DNA from: an uncultured Candidatus Entotheonella sp.
GTDB lineage: Bacteria > Tectomicrobia > Entotheonellia > Entotheonellales > Entotheonellaceae
Reading direction: 5' to 3'
Assembly (NCBI GenBank): GCA_965217185.1
Contig: OZ244252.1
Location: 2,016,001 to 2,080,000, forward strand
Length of the DNA stretch: 64,000 bases
Part shown: positions 42,250 through 55,942 of the stretch, in pieces
Numbering within the stretch: the first letter of the stretch is position 1
Layout of the letters: each line of letters opens with the position of its first letter
The notes under the pieces: generated by a model
What the model was told of the DNA's origin: nothing
The model's database searches: none
Seen by the model: the letters and a program-made list of their open reading frames with translations, nothing else
Made by a program: the position numbers and the translations under genes

Positions 42250-43545
42250 ATGAATCGAACCGATCTGGCCGAGCTGATTCACCATGGCGAGAACTCCGGC
42301 GTCGAGTTCAAGCGCGACGACGTGACGCCTGCGAGGCTGGCCAAGGAGATGGCCGCTATGCTCAACCTCGAGGGTGGCCATATTTTGCTGGGGGTCGAGA
42401 AGGACCGGAGCGTCTCGGGCTTGACCAGAGAGCACGAGCAGGCCGAGGAGGGGGTGATGGAGGTCGCGCGCATGCACCTCCGGCCGGCGGCAATTCCATT
42501 CTGGGAAACGTTGGACTGGGGCGAAGGGAAGACCGTGGGGATTATCTCTCTTCCGGCCGACGCACCCGACAAACCGTACAAGTGCAGGCGCGGCTCGGCG
42601 TGGGTCACCCAAATCCGCGCAGGCACGACGTCGCGCGACGCGACCGACGAAGAGGAAGCGCGTCTGTACATGCAGTCGGGACGGCTGCAGTACGACCGCA
42701 AGCCCGTCCCCGGCGCCAGTTTGCTTGATTTCGACATGCGCCGGCTCCTGAATTACTTCCGCGACGTGCGTCGGCAAACCTGCCCGCCTGTGGAGGACCG
42801 CGAGGCCTGGACGAGGCTGCTTGTCAACACCGACTTCATGTACGAGGATCGCGGCCGCCCGCTGCCGAGCGCAGGGGGGCTGCTGCTCTTCGGCGTACGG
42901 GCGCAGAAGTACCTGCCGCAGGCCGGAATCAGCGCGGTCGCCTACACCGGGAGCGAAAAGGACTACGATGCCAGGGAGCGAGCGGTGCTGCGAGGCGCTG
43001 TGGTCTCTCTGTTCCCCGAGCCGCTTGCCGAAATGGGGCAGGCATATCCGGGCTTGCCGCCAACCTTTTCGGAAGCCGGCCGCGCCGTCGAGTCGGGGGT
43101 TATCGAGCAGGCGATGGATTTCGTCCGCCGCAATATCACGATTGCAGCCTCGATCGACAACGGAGGGCGGCGGGTGGAGCGCTGGGACTATCCAATCGAG
43201 GCGGTCCGCGAGGCCATCGTGAACGCCGTGGCACACCGCGACTACACCATTAGCGTGATGGACATCGAACTCTCGATCTATTCGGACCGCCTGGAGATCA
43301 TCTCTCCCGGTCGTTTGCCAAACACGGTCACCGTAGACAAGATGCGCGCGGGTTATCGCGCTTCGCGGAACGAGCTGATCAAGGAGGTATTGCGCGACTA
43401 CCGGTACGTTGAAGCCACCGGTTTGGGCGTGCCGCGTAAGATCATCGCGGGTATGCGGGAGCACAATGGCACCGAACCCGACCTCGTCGAGGAAGAGAGT
43501 CGATTCATCGTGCGCCTGTGGAAGCACCCTCATAACACCCCGTGA
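42250..43545 (+). CDS. Schlafen/AlbA_2 domain protein with RecG-C/HATPase_c_4-like domain
   Basis: GENSGVEFK, AMLN..GG.I.LGV, REAIVNAVAHRDY, ISPG and SRN motifs. Confidence 0.88.
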   Translation: MNRTDLAELIHHGENSGVEFKRDDVTPARLAKEMAAMLNLEGGHILLGVEKDRSVSGLTREHEQAEEGVMEVARMHLRPAAIPFWETLDWGEGKTVGIISLPADAPDKPYKCRRGSAWVTQIRAGTTSRDATDEEEARLYMQSGRLQYDRKPVPGASLLDFDMRRLLNYFRDVRRQTCPPVEDREAWTRLLVNTDFMYEDRGRPLPSAGGLLLFGVRAQKYLPQAGISAVAYTGSEKDYDARERAVLRGAVVSLFPEPLAEMGQAYPGLPPTFSEAGRAVESGVIEQAMDFVRRNITIAASIDNGGRRVERWDYPIEAVREAIVNAVAHRDYTISVMDIELSIYSDRLEIISPGRLPNTVTVDKMRAGYRASRNELIKEVLRDYRYVEATGLGVPRKIIAGMREHNGTEPDLVEEESRFIVRLWKHPHNTP

Positions 43546-43574
43546 CCGGTCGGTCGCCTGGAAGGAGAGACAAC

Positions 43575-46910
<3,336 letters not shown>

Positions 46911-47276
46911 GTCTAGGCAGGATGGTCCGCCACACTGCCGGCTGACCCTGAGCGTTTGGTTCCCAATCCGAATGCAATCCAGTGGATACCTCCTCCGCAA
47001 AGGGTCAGGCGTCCACGAAATTAGGCCAACCCCGCCTTTTGTACCAAGCTGCGGCCCATAAAAAACGCCTTGACGCCGCCGCTGGCACTCTGATACGGTT
47101 CCCGGCGAACTTTGGCTCCGGGCAGTGGATTGATTTGCGGCATATTGCAACCACTCTAAAAAAAGTGCTAAAAAGCTTGGGCTCTCCCGAAGACTTTCAA
47201 CCCCCCGATCTTGATGGCACCCTGACCCATCCACCGCATATCGTCTCCGCAAGTCCGGTTTGAACAACAACGCCTT

Positions 47277-47547
47277 TAGAGCATTCCGTATCGGGTTGCA
47301 ACGGGAAGATATCGCCAACTCATTCACCCCCCTCCCTAGCCCTCCCCCTCAAGGGGGGAGGGGATCAGAGGACTGGCTTTCCCCCACAAGGGGGATCAGA
47401 GGACTGGCCCTCACGACGACGGGGGTTTTGCCCCCTCTGACGGGGGTTTTTGCTCCCTCTCCCTTGGCGGGAGAGGGTTGGGGGGAGGGGGAAAGGCAAA
47501 ACGAGACACGACCCGGATGCAAACCGTCTTGATGCGGACATGCTCTA
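47277..47547. repeat. MITE-like element enclosing C/G-rich palindromes
   Basis: Outer IR TAGAGCATTCCGTATC / GATGCGGACATGCTCTA; inner hairpins at 47340-47362 and 47455-47477. Confidence 0.6.
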
Positions 47548-47566
47548 GGAATTCGGAGGGCTTGCC

Positions 47567-48757
47567 ATGGCGCGCGAACGAACGCCGCAAGGCGTCGGCA
47601 GTCGTGCGGTTCACGGCGGTGAACGGCAGCAGCGCACGTCTGACGCGCTGACGGTGCCGATTTATCAAACCTCGACGTACGTGTTCCGTGATACCCAGGA
47701 GTTGATCGACTTCAAGGAAGGCCGTCTCGACAAGGGCGAGTACGGGCGCTACGGTAATCCCACCATACAGGCCGCGGAGCGTAAGATCGCCGCCCTCGAG
47801 CACGCCGACGGCGCCCTGCTATGGGCATCCGGCATGTGCGCCATCACGTCCACGCTCCTGACCCTGCTGCGCCCCGGGCAGCACATGATCATGACCGCCG
47901 ATTGCTACCGCCGCACGCGGCAGTTCTGCGACAGCATGCTGCAGCGGCTGGGCATCGACGTGTCGGTGGTGCCGGCGGCGCAGCCACAGGCGATCGAGGC
48001 GGCCGTGCAGCCCACAACCCGCTTGGTGCTTTCCGAGGCGCCGACCAATCCCTACCTCTACGTGCTCGATCTGGAAGAACTGGCGGCCATTGCGCAGCGG
48101 CACCGGCTGCGCACCTTGGTCGACAGCACCTTTGCCACGCCGTTCAACCAGAACCCCCTGAGCTTCGGTATCGATCTGGTCATGCACAGCGCCACCAAAT
48201 ACCTCGGTGGCCATAACGACTTGCTGGCCGGCGTCATCGTCGGAAAGGCGCCGATTATCGCCGCGCTGCGAGAGGCGCAGGGCGTCCTGGGCGGCATCAC
48301 CGACCCGAACGCCGCCTACCTGCTGATCCGCGGCCTCAAAACCTTCGCCCTGCGCATGCAGCAGCACAACGCCAACGGCATGGCTCTGGCGAGCTTTCTG
48401 GAGCAGCACCCACGCGTGCGGCGGGTATACTACCCTGGCCTTCCAAGCCACCCCTGCCACGCCGTCGCCGTGCGCCAGATGCGCGGCTTCGGCGGCGTCG
48501 TCAGCTTCGAGGTCGACGGCAGCCTCGAACAGACCAGCGCCTTCATCGACGCCTTGCGCCTGCCGTACATCGCGCCGAGCCTCGGCGGCGTCGAGAGCCT
48601 CGTCGAACAGCCCGCGCTGATGTCGTACTACGAACTGGCGCCGGATGAGCGCCGCGAGTTGGGCATCGCTGACAGCCTGGTGCGCTACGCCGCCGGCATC
48701 GAGGATACCGACGACCTGATTGCCGACGTCGATCAGGCCTTGGCCGTGTGCTGCTGA
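47567..48757 (+). CDS. metB: Cystathionine gamma-synthase family PLP enzyme
   Basis: YGRYGNPT, EAPTNP, DSTFATP, SATKYLGGH and SLGGVESL motifs. Confidence 0.9.
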   Translation: MARERTPQGVGSRAVHGGERQQRTSDALTVPIYQTSTYVFRDTQELIDFKEGRLDKGEYGRYGNPTIQAAERKIAALEHADGALLWASGMCAITSTLLTLLRPGQHMIMTADCYRRTRQFCDSMLQRLGIDVSVVPAAQPQAIEAAVQPTTRLVLSEAPTNPYLYVLDLEELAAIAQRHRLRTLVDSTFATPFNQNPLSFGIDLVMHSATKYLGGHNDLLAGVIVGKAPIIAALREAQGVLGGITDPNAAYLLIRGLKTFALRMQQHNANGMALASFLEQHPRVRRVYYPGLPSHPCHAVAVRQMRGFGGVVSFEVDGSLEQTSAFIDALRLPYIAPSLGGVESLVEQPALMSYYELAPDERRELGIADSLVRYAAGIEDTDDLIADVDQALAVCC

Positions 48758-48862
48758 GCGGCCTCGCCAGCGGTTGACGGGTGCGACGACAGCGCCCTAG
48801 AATACGCCGCTATCACAAAGTCACACTGTAGCCGGTACGAGAGCACAAAGGGGGGACACGGC

Positions 48863-49135
48863 ATGGACGAACTGATTGCCCAGTTTGAGAAGAACGCCAC
48901 CGAGGTCGTGCGCGTATCGTTAACGGAGTTTCGCGGGCGCAAATTAGTCGACGTGCGCGTCTACTACACGGACGACGAGGGCGAGTATCGTCCCACCCGC
49001 AAGGGCATCTCGCTGGCCGTCGATGGCTACCTGGATTTCCGCACCGCCGTCGCCCGCCTGGATAAATTCCTGCTCGACCGCAAGCTGATCACCGCCGATG
49101 ATATCCAGGACGCCCTGGTCCTTGAAGGCGAGTAG
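48863..49135 (+). CDS. PC4-family ssDNA-binding protein
   Basis: VSLTEFRG..VDVRVYY...PTRKGISL pattern. Confidence 0.88.
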   Translation: MDELIAQFEKNATEVVRVSLTEFRGRKLVDVRVYYTDDEGEYRPTRKGISLAVDGYLDFRTAVARLDKFLLDRKLITADDIQDALVLEGE

Positions 49136-49188
49136 CAGCCCCGATGTTCCCCGCCGTCCCACCTGTTTCCGCCACATGAGGAGAGATC

Positions 49189-50355
49189 ATGGCGCCGCAC
49201 GCCGCCCCCGAGCCGTTCCGCATTGACATTGCCGATTCCGTCCTCGACGACCTGCAGCAACGCCTTGCTCTGACCCGCTGGCCCGACGACGTACCCGGCA
49301 GCGAGTGGCAATACGGCACCAGCCTCGCCTACACAAAAGAACTTGTCGCCTACTGGCAGAACGACTACGACTGGCGCGTCCAGGAACGGCTGCTGAACAG
49401 TTTCCCGCAATACCGGGTGGGGCTGGACGGCGTGACCTTGCATTACATCCATCAGCCGGGGGTGGGGCCGGATCCGATGCCCCTGCTCATCAGCCACGGC
49501 TGGCCCGGCTCGATCTACGAATTCGTCAACGTCATCGGCCCCCTCACCGACCCGGAACGCTACGGCGGCGACCCGCAGGACGCCTTCACCGTGGTGGCGC
49601 CGTCGCTGCCGGGGTACGGCTTTTCGCACGTCCCGCACCAGCGTCGATTGAACGTGCAGGAGATTGCCGACCTGTTCGCCCGCCTGATGGCGGAGGTGCT
49701 GGGCTTCCGACGCTTCGGCGCCCAGGGGGGCGACTGGGGCTCTTTCATCACGGCGCGACTGGGCTTTGCGCACCCGCAGCATCTTACCGGGATACACGTC
49801 AACATGGTGCCGGTAGCGCCGCATCTCAGCGAGCGCACCGACCTGTCGGCTGACGAGGAGGCATTCCTCAAGGCGTCCGATGCCTGGCGGGCGGAAGAGA
49901 CCGGCTACCAGTGGATTCAGGGCACGCGGCCGCAGACGCTGGCGTATGCCCTGAACGATTCGCCCGCCGGCCTGGCGGCCTGGATCACCGAGAAGTTCCG
50001 CGCCTGGACCGACTGCCACGGCGACATCGAGAGCCGCGTCAGCAAGGACGCCCTGCTCACCAACATCATGATTTACTGGGTGACGCAGACGATCAACAGT
50101 TCGTTCTGGCTGTATTACCAGATGCGCCACGAGCCCTGGCGCCTCGGCCGCGGCGAGCGCATCGAGGTGCCCACCGCGGTAGCTTCTTTTCCGCGCGAGA
50201 TCATGCGGCCGCCGGAGGAATGGGTGAAGCGGGTGTGCAACGTGCGGCGCTGGACGCCAATGGCGGCGGGCGGCCACTTTGCCGCGCTGGAGGAGCCGCA
50301 GGCGCTGGTCGAAGACATCCGCGCGTTTTACCGGCCCTTGCGGGTGAAGGGGTAA
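49189..50355 (+). CDS. Epoxide hydrolase (microsomal type)
   Basis: HGWPGS, PSLPGYGFS, GGDWG and GGHFAALE motifs. Confidence 0.93.
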   Translation: MAPHAAPEPFRIDIADSVLDDLQQRLALTRWPDDVPGSEWQYGTSLAYTKELVAYWQNDYDWRVQERLLNSFPQYRVGLDGVTLHYIHQPGVGPDPMPLLISHGWPGSIYEFVNVIGPLTDPERYGGDPQDAFTVVAPSLPGYGFSHVPHQRRLNVQEIADLFARLMAEVLGFRRFGAQGGDWGSFITARLGFAHPQHLTGIHVNMVPVAPHLSERTDLSADEEAFLKASDAWRAEETGYQWIQGTRPQTLAYALNDSPAGLAAWITEKFRAWTDCHGDIESRVSKDALLTNIMIYWVTQTINSSFWLYYQMRHEPWRLGRGERIEVPTAVASFPREIMRPPEEWVKRVCNVRRWTPMAAGGHFAALEEPQALVEDIRAFYRPLRVKG

Positions 50356-50369
50356 AGACAGTGCCAATC

Positions 50370-51659
50370 ATGCCGACGGCGGCGGAAACACCTGCGAACG
50401 GTGCCTCGACAAGCTGCGACGACGGGCTGCCCGAATACGGCGAATTCGTCGCCCGGCTCTACGAGACCGGCGTGCTGGACGACGCCTGGCACGACGGGGC
50501 GCCGCGATTCCGGCTGCAGGGCGTCGTGTTGCCTGCGGCCCGCGCGCGGGCGTTGCGCCGGGCCGCCGAACGTGTGGGCGCCGTGTACCAGGAACTCGTC
50601 GATCTCATTTGGGAAGAACCCCGCTGGCTGGACGACTACTTCTGTCTCACCCCGTACCAGAAGCTCATGTGGTTCGCCGCCCAGGGTCGCTGGCACGGCA
50701 TCGCACGGGCCGACCTGTTCGTGTGTGCCGACGGCAGTATCCGCTGCTGCGAGGTGAACAGCGACACGCCGAGCGGCGAGGCCGAAGCCGTGCTGCTCAA
50801 CCGCCTGCTGCACCCGTATCACGGCGCGGTGCAAGACCCCAACCGCTCACTGCCGGACGCCTTCTGGCGTATGCTAGTGGCCTCGCACGGCGGGCGAGTG
50901 CCGGGCACTATCGGCATCGTTTACCCGACGGAAATGACCGAAGACCTTTCCATGATTGCCATCTACCGCGAGTGGCTGGAGGCGCGCGGCTGCCGCGTGG
51001 TGCTGGGCTCGCCGTTCAATCTGCACGAGTGTGCGACGGGGGTGGGCATGTTCGGCGAGCCGCTCGATCTGCTGATCCGGCACTACAAGACGGACTGGTG
51101 GGGGGAACGGCAGGTCGTGTGGTCCGATGCCGAGCCGTATCCCGACGACGAGCCGTTGAGCGGTCCGCTGCGGTTGTTGCTGGCGGCGGAATACGCTGGC
51201 CGGGTGACGGTTGTTAACCCTTTCGGCACGGTGGTGAGCCAGAACAAGCTCAGCATGGCCTTCATGTGGGAAGAGCGCCGGCGGTTCTCAGGCGCCGCGC
51301 AGCGCTGGATCGCGCGCTATGTTCCCGAGACGTATCGCATGACGCAAGTGGCGCCTGGGGAACTGGTGGCGAATCAGCAGGACTGGGTATTGAAATCGGC
51401 CTACGGCTGCGAGAGCGAAGAGACGATCTGCGGGGCGTTCGTCAGCGCCGAACTGTGGCGCGAGGTGGTGGCCAAGGCCCTGCCGGCCAACTGGGTGTGC
51501 CAGCGCTTCTTTCGCGCTGAGCCGGATTCGCCGGGCCTTTTGTGCAATTATGGGGTTTACGTCATCGGCGGGCGCAGCGCCGGATTTTACGCGCGGTTGT
51601 CGGCGGCGGCGACGGATGAGACGGCAGTGACGGCGCCGGTATTCATCGGCGATGGTTAG
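50370..51659 (+). CDS. Glutathionylspermidine synthase-like ATP-grasp protein
   Basis: RADL, EVNSDTP, QNKL, WVLK..YG.E and YGVYVIG motifs. Confidence 0.82.
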   Translation: MPTAAETPANGASTSCDDGLPEYGEFVARLYETGVLDDAWHDGAPRFRLQGVVLPAARARALRRAAERVGAVYQELVDLIWEEPRWLDDYFCLTPYQKLMWFAAQGRWHGIARADLFVCADGSIRCCEVNSDTPSGEAEAVLLNRLLHPYHGAVQDPNRSLPDAFWRMLVASHGGRVPGTIGIVYPTEMTEDLSMIAIYREWLEARGCRVVLGSPFNLHECATGVGMFGEPLDLLIRHYKTDWWGERQVVWSDAEPYPDDEPLSGPLRLLLAAEYAGRVTVVNPFGTVVSQNKLSMAFMWEERRRFSGAAQRWIARYVPETYRMTQVAPGELVANQQDWVLKSAYGCESEETICGAFVSAELWREVVAKALPANWVCQRFFRAEPDSPGLLCNYGVYVIGGRSAGFYARLSAAATDETAVTAPVFIGDG

Positions 51660-51669
51660 GGAGAGGGAA

Positions 51670-53001
51670 ATGAAGCAACCCGTACACGTGACGAATTGGT
51701 GGCAGGCGGTCGATCGCCGCACTTTTGGCAAGGGTGTGGTCGCTTTCACCGCCCTGCTCAGCATGAGCGGCTGCGGTTCGGAAGAAGAACTGAACGGCGA
51801 TACCCTCACCCTGCAACAGCAGCACGGCTGGAACGTTGGCGCCAAGGACCGCCGTCTGGTGTTTTCGGGCAAGCCGATGCAGCGCGACGCCGCCGGCTCC
51901 GGCGATTGGCAGGTCTACACCGACCCGAGCCGGCTGATCTCCGCTTGGCAACCGCGCCAAGCTGTCTGGCAGCCCTTCTTCGTGCCCACCCTCATGCAGG
52001 CCCTGCGGGAAGAATCCCTGCGCTCGCAGATACGCCCGATCATGAGCCCGCGCATGCAGGAAGCCTTCCGGCGCGGCCAGACGCTGCAACAGGACCTGCT
52101 GGGACAGGTCACCAATGCCTCGGAGACCTTCTTCATCGCCGACTTGCCGGGTCCGGAGGCGGTGGCCTTCGGCGCCGGCATGGCCAGCGGCGTGGACGTC
52201 CTGACAGCCTTCGACAACTGGCCGCATCCGCAAGGCGTCGTGCGCAGCCATGACACCCTCGCCGCCCTGTTGACCTTCGCCGAGGTGGTGCAGAAGCAGC
52301 GTGAATCGCTTCCCGACGGCGCTCCCGGCGTGCTGCTATTGGACAGCGATCGACTGGCGCCGTACGTCGACGAGAGCACGCAGTTCGATAACCGTTATCT
52401 GGCCAGCGCCCCCGGGGCGGCGGAGTTGCAACAGCGCGGTGTCAAGCAGGTCATGTACATCACCCCGAATCGCGGGCAGCGCAACGAAAGCGACGACCTC
52501 AACGCCCTGTTCGTCGAATACCAATCGGCCCAAATGGGCGTGGAGATATTCCCGCTCACCGATCTGGTGCCGGTGACGGAAACGGTCGAGCGCACCGAGC
52601 CGGACGGCACCCCCCAAACGGTGCGGGAGACGCACTACTACTACGGCGGCGGCCTGAACTCGCACCTCGGCTTCTTCCTCTTGTACTCCTTCTTGCTACC
52701 CCGTCCGATGCTTTATTACCCGATGTACGCCGGCGGCGGTTTTGCCGGGCGCGGCGTGGCCAGAGGCGATCTCAGGCGTCCGGCGGGCGTCCGGCGGCCG
52801 AACTACCAGGCCCGTCCGCGCCCCACGATGTTCAGCGGCAGAGGCGTGGGGGGCCAGCGCGGCGTCGGGCGACGCAAGCCCTCGGGCTTTGGCCGCACCA
52901 CGGTACGCAGCAGCGGCGGGCGCGTCACCGGGTTGGGCTCGCGTTCCCGCATGGGCCGACGCTCCGGGTCATTTGGACGCGGGCGGGGCTTCAGCCTGTA
53001 A
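51670..53001 (+). CDS. Putative Tat lipoprotein with Gly/Arg-rich tail
   Basis: DRRTFGK twin-arginine motif, MSGC lipobox, late hydrophobic stretch and RG-rich C-terminus. Confidence 0.65.
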   Translation: MKQPVHVTNWWQAVDRRTFGKGVVAFTALLSMSGCGSEEELNGDTLTLQQQHGWNVGAKDRRLVFSGKPMQRDAAGSGDWQVYTDPSRLISAWQPRQAVWQPFFVPTLMQALREESLRSQIRPIMSPRMQEAFRRGQTLQQDLLGQVTNASETFFIADLPGPEAVAFGAGMASGVDVLTAFDNWPHPQGVVRSHDTLAALLTFAEVVQKQRESLPDGAPGVLLLDSDRLAPYVDESTQFDNRYLASAPGAAELQQRGVKQVMYITPNRGQRNESDDLNALFVEYQSAQMGVEIFPLTDLVPVTETVERTEPDGTPQTVRETHYYYGGGLNSHLGFFLLYSFLLPRPMLYYPMYAGGGFAGRGVARGDLRRPAGVRRPNYQARPRPTMFSGRGVGGQRGVGRRKPSGFGRTTVRSSGGRVTGLGSRSRMGRRSGSFGRGRGFSL

Positions 53002-53013
53002 ACGGGGGCACCG

Positions 53014-53637
53014 ATGGCTACACAGGGCTTCATGGGGAAAATCAGCCGCTGGTTCGACGGCGCGTCGGATACCTACTTCTTCGGCCTGCAAATTGCCATC
53101 AAGAGCTTCGGCGAGGACACGGTGCGGGCAGGGTTTGCCCGCGTGCTGGAAGACACCCGCAGCAACAGCGGCAACGTGGACGAGAAACGCCGTTTCATCA
53201 AACGCTTTCTGGCCCTGCTGGAGGAGTCCGAACTGTTCTGGACATACGGGTATTGGGAGTATATCGATCAGGCCGAAGCTGCCAGGGAAGAGTTCGATAC
53301 GTGGCGGGACGAAATCGAGGGCAGCATCGCTACCGAGGAAGAAGAGATCGACGAGGAGATCGACGACCTGCGCCGCACCTCAAACCGCAAAGACTACGTC
53401 GTGGTAACGCTGGGGTTCCTGCTCGACGGTCCGTACCGCCCCGCCGAGGCCGTGGAGAGCGAGGACGCCGCCTTCCTGAAGGACACCTTCTCCGCCCTGG
53501 TGCAAGGCTTGACGACCATCGATCCGAGAACCATTCAGGCCGACGCCACCTACGTGGTGCCCGGCAACGAAGACGACGGCTTGTCCGAAGAGGACCTGTT
53601 CGACCCCGGATGGAACCATCTGCGCATCCTGCTGTAG
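53014..53637 (+). CDS. DUF1517-like protein
   Basis: Acidic protein with YVVVTL and C-terminal P..EDD.LSEEDL resembling DUF1517. Confidence 0.6.
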   Translation: MATQGFMGKISRWFDGASDTYFFGLQIAIKSFGEDTVRAGFARVLEDTRSNSGNVDEKRRFIKRFLALLEESELFWTYGYWEYIDQAEAAREEFDTWRDEIEGSIATEEEEIDEEIDDLRRTSNRKDYVVVTLGFLLDGPYRPAEAVESEDAAFLKDTFSALVQGLTTIDPRTIQADATYVVPGNEDDGLSEEDLFDPGWNHLRILL

Positions 53638-53652
53638 GGAACAGCGCGGAGC

Positions 53653-54198
53653 TTACAGGGCGTCGTCCCCGCCCTCCTCACGCAGGTGGACTTTCTGGTG
53701 GCCGTTGGAGCGGGGGCACATGTGGCCCTCGATGTCCATGGGACGTTGGCACAGGGGGCAGGCGGGGCGACCGCCGGCGACGGCCTCGGAGCAAGCCGCG
53801 CTCAGCATCCGCGCCTGCCGGCGGGTGAAGCGGCAGGAAAAAGTTGGCGGCAGATCGTCCTCGCCATCTTCGACGTCGTGGGCGACGAGGACCACACGGT
53901 CTTCGCTCGCTGCGTATCCCAAGGCCATGCGGCCCACTTTGAATTCCACCGTGGGATCGTCGGGAAACAGCGTGATGGTATCGACCTCCTCGCCGCTGTG
54001 CTGATCCGACGTGTTGAGTTGGTCGAGCAGGCGCGGCAAGGATTCCCCCAAGGTAGCCAGGAGTTGTTTCTCCACCCACAGGGCAGCCGATTGATCACCC
54101 TCCAGAACCCGCACCCGGAACGTCCGTTTGCCGGGCTCGCCGATTGATTCCGCGTCGATCGCGTCCACTGACGTAAAGTCGTACCGTGCATCTGCCAT
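53653..54198 (-). CDS. DUF3090 family protein
   Basis: IGEPGKRTF, EKQ, GGRPACPLC and GHMCPRSNGH motifs. Confidence 0.88.
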   Translation of the reverse strand: MADARYDFTSVDAIDAESIGEPGKRTFRVRVLEGDQSAALWVEKQLLATLGESLPRLLDQLNTSDQHSGEEVDTITLFPDDPTVEFKVGRMALGYAASEDRVVLVAHDVEDGEDDLPPTFSCRFTRRQARMLSAACSEAVAGGRPACPLCQRPMDIEGHMCPRSNGHQKVHLREEGGDDAL

Positions 54199-54332
54199 CG
54201 TTTGTGTCCTATGTTGGTGCAAGTGAAGGGTCAGTTTACAGTATCGTACCCACTTGCAAGTTTCAAGGCGGGCCACGGCGTTTCTGTTGCAGGATTGCCG
54301 CGCGATCTGAAGCGACTACAGGGGGCGGGAGA

Positions 54333-55928
54333 TCAGCCCTGAACGCGGCTTTCGTGCGCCTGCCAATACGCCTCGCGCAGGGCGAATTTTTGCACCTTGC
54401 CGGTGGCGGTTTTGGGCAGATTGTCGAGGAATTCGACCGACTTGGGCGCCTTGAAATGGGCCATTCGGTCGCGACAGAAGGCGATCAATTCACGCTCGTC
54501 GGCGTGTCGCTGCGGCCTGAGGACCACCAGCGCCTTGGGCACCTCACCCCAGCGGCTGTCCGGCACCCCCACCACCGCCGCTTCGAGCACCGCCGGGTGT
54601 TCGTAGAGCATGGATTCCACCTCGACCGATGAGATGTTCTCACCACCGCTGATGATGACGTCCTTGAGGCGGTCGACCACCTCGATGTAGCCGTCTGGGT
54701 GCATCACCGCGAGGTCGCCGGTGTGGAACCAGCCGCCGCGCATGACGTTGGCGGTCTCCTCGGGTTGCTTGTAATAACCTTCCATCACGTTGTTGCCGCG
54801 CGCCACGATCTCGCCAATGGTTTGACCGTCCATCGGCACCTCGCATAGTTGCTCATCCATTACGCGCACGTCGGCGAAGAGCTGCGCGATGCCTTGCCGG
54901 GCTTTCAGGCGGTAGCGTGCTTGCACGTCCAGGCCGTCCCAGGCGGGTTGCGCTTCGCACGAGGTGAGGAAGGGGCCGGTCTCGGTGAGGCCGTAGAGGT
55001 GAACGACCTCGATGCCCAGGTCCTCCATGCGGCGCAACACTGCGGCGGCAGGCGCGGCGCCGCCGGTGCCGATGCGCACGCCGGCGGCCAGACGATAATC
55101 GCGGGCGGCATCGAAGGTCGCCAGGGTCACCAAGACGGTTGGCGCCGCGCAGGCCAGCGTAACGGCTTCGCCCTGCATCAGTTCGAAGATCGGTTGCGCT
55201 TCCACCCTGCGCAGGCAAACCTGGGTGCCGCCGAGTCCGGCCACGGCCCAGATGCCGCCCCAACCGTTGGCATGGAACATCGGCAGGGTGTGCAGGTACA
55301 CGTCCGTCGGGCGCACGTTGAGGGACGTCATGAAGTGAATGGCATTGATGGTGCAGGCGCGGTGCGTCAGCATGACGCCCTTGGGCCGCGCCGTGGTGCC
55401 GCTGGTGTAGTTCAGCGTGGCGAGATCGGTTTCGTCGAGAACCGGCGCCTCGGGGCAGTTAGCGGGAGCCGAGGCAAGGGCATCCTCGTAATCCACGGCG
55501 GGGAGGGCGGCGCTTGGCGTCTCGTCGTCGCGCAGCAGAAGGTAATGCCGCAGGCTTGTCAGGCGCTCCATCAGTGGGGCAATCAGGTGGGCGCATTCCC
55601 AGTCGATCAGCAGCGCTTTCGTTTCGGCGTGGTCCAGGATGTATTCGAAATCCGGCGTGGTGAGGCGGTAGTTGAGGGGCGCCAGAACCGCGCCGATTTG
55701 CGGCACGGCGAAGAAGGCTTCCAGCATGCGGTGGCTGTTTGGCGACAGGACGGCGACCTTGTCCCCCTTGCCGATGCCGCGCTGGCGCAGGGCGTTTGAC
55801 AGCCGGTGCACCCGCTCCTCCAACTGGCGATACGTGTAGCGGTGCTCACCGTCGATGACAGCCGTTTTGTCGGGAAAGAGCCGCGCCGCGCGGCGCAGGA
55901 ATTGCGAGGGCAGGAGGGGCTCGAACAT
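54333..55928 (-). CDS. Acyl-CoA synthetase (AMP-forming)
   Basis: YTSGTT..PKG, YGLTE, TGD, SGGEN and PKTATGK motifs. Confidence 0.93.
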   Translation of the reverse strand: MFEPLLPSQFLRRAARLFPDKTAVIDGEHRYTYRQLEERVHRLSNALRQRGIGKGDKVAVLSPNSHRMLEAFFAVPQIGAVLAPLNYRLTTPDFEYILDHAETKALLIDWECAHLIAPLMERLTSLRHYLLLRDDETPSAALPAVDYEDALASAPANCPEAPVLDETDLATLNYTSGTTARPKGVMLTHRACTINAIHFMTSLNVRPTDVYLHTLPMFHANGWGGIWAVAGLGGTQVCLRRVEAQPIFELMQGEAVTLACAAPTVLVTLATFDAARDYRLAAGVRIGTGGAAPAAAVLRRMEDLGIEVVHLYGLTETGPFLTSCEAQPAWDGLDVQARYRLKARQGIAQLFADVRVMDEQLCEVPMDGQTIGEIVARGNNVMEGYYKQPEETANVMRGGWFHTGDLAVMHPDGYIEVVDRLKDVIISGGENISSVEVESMLYEHPAVLEAAVVGVPDSRWGEVPKALVVLRPQRHADERELIAFCRDRMAHFKAPKSVEFLDNLPKTATGKVQKFALREAYWQAHESRVQG

Positions 55929-55942
55929 CTCCGACCTTTCTT

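Noticed and set aside
46911..47566. SAM riboswitch upstream of the metB-like gene
   Set aside because: No recognisable SAM-I or SAM-II core; the space is occupied by repeats.
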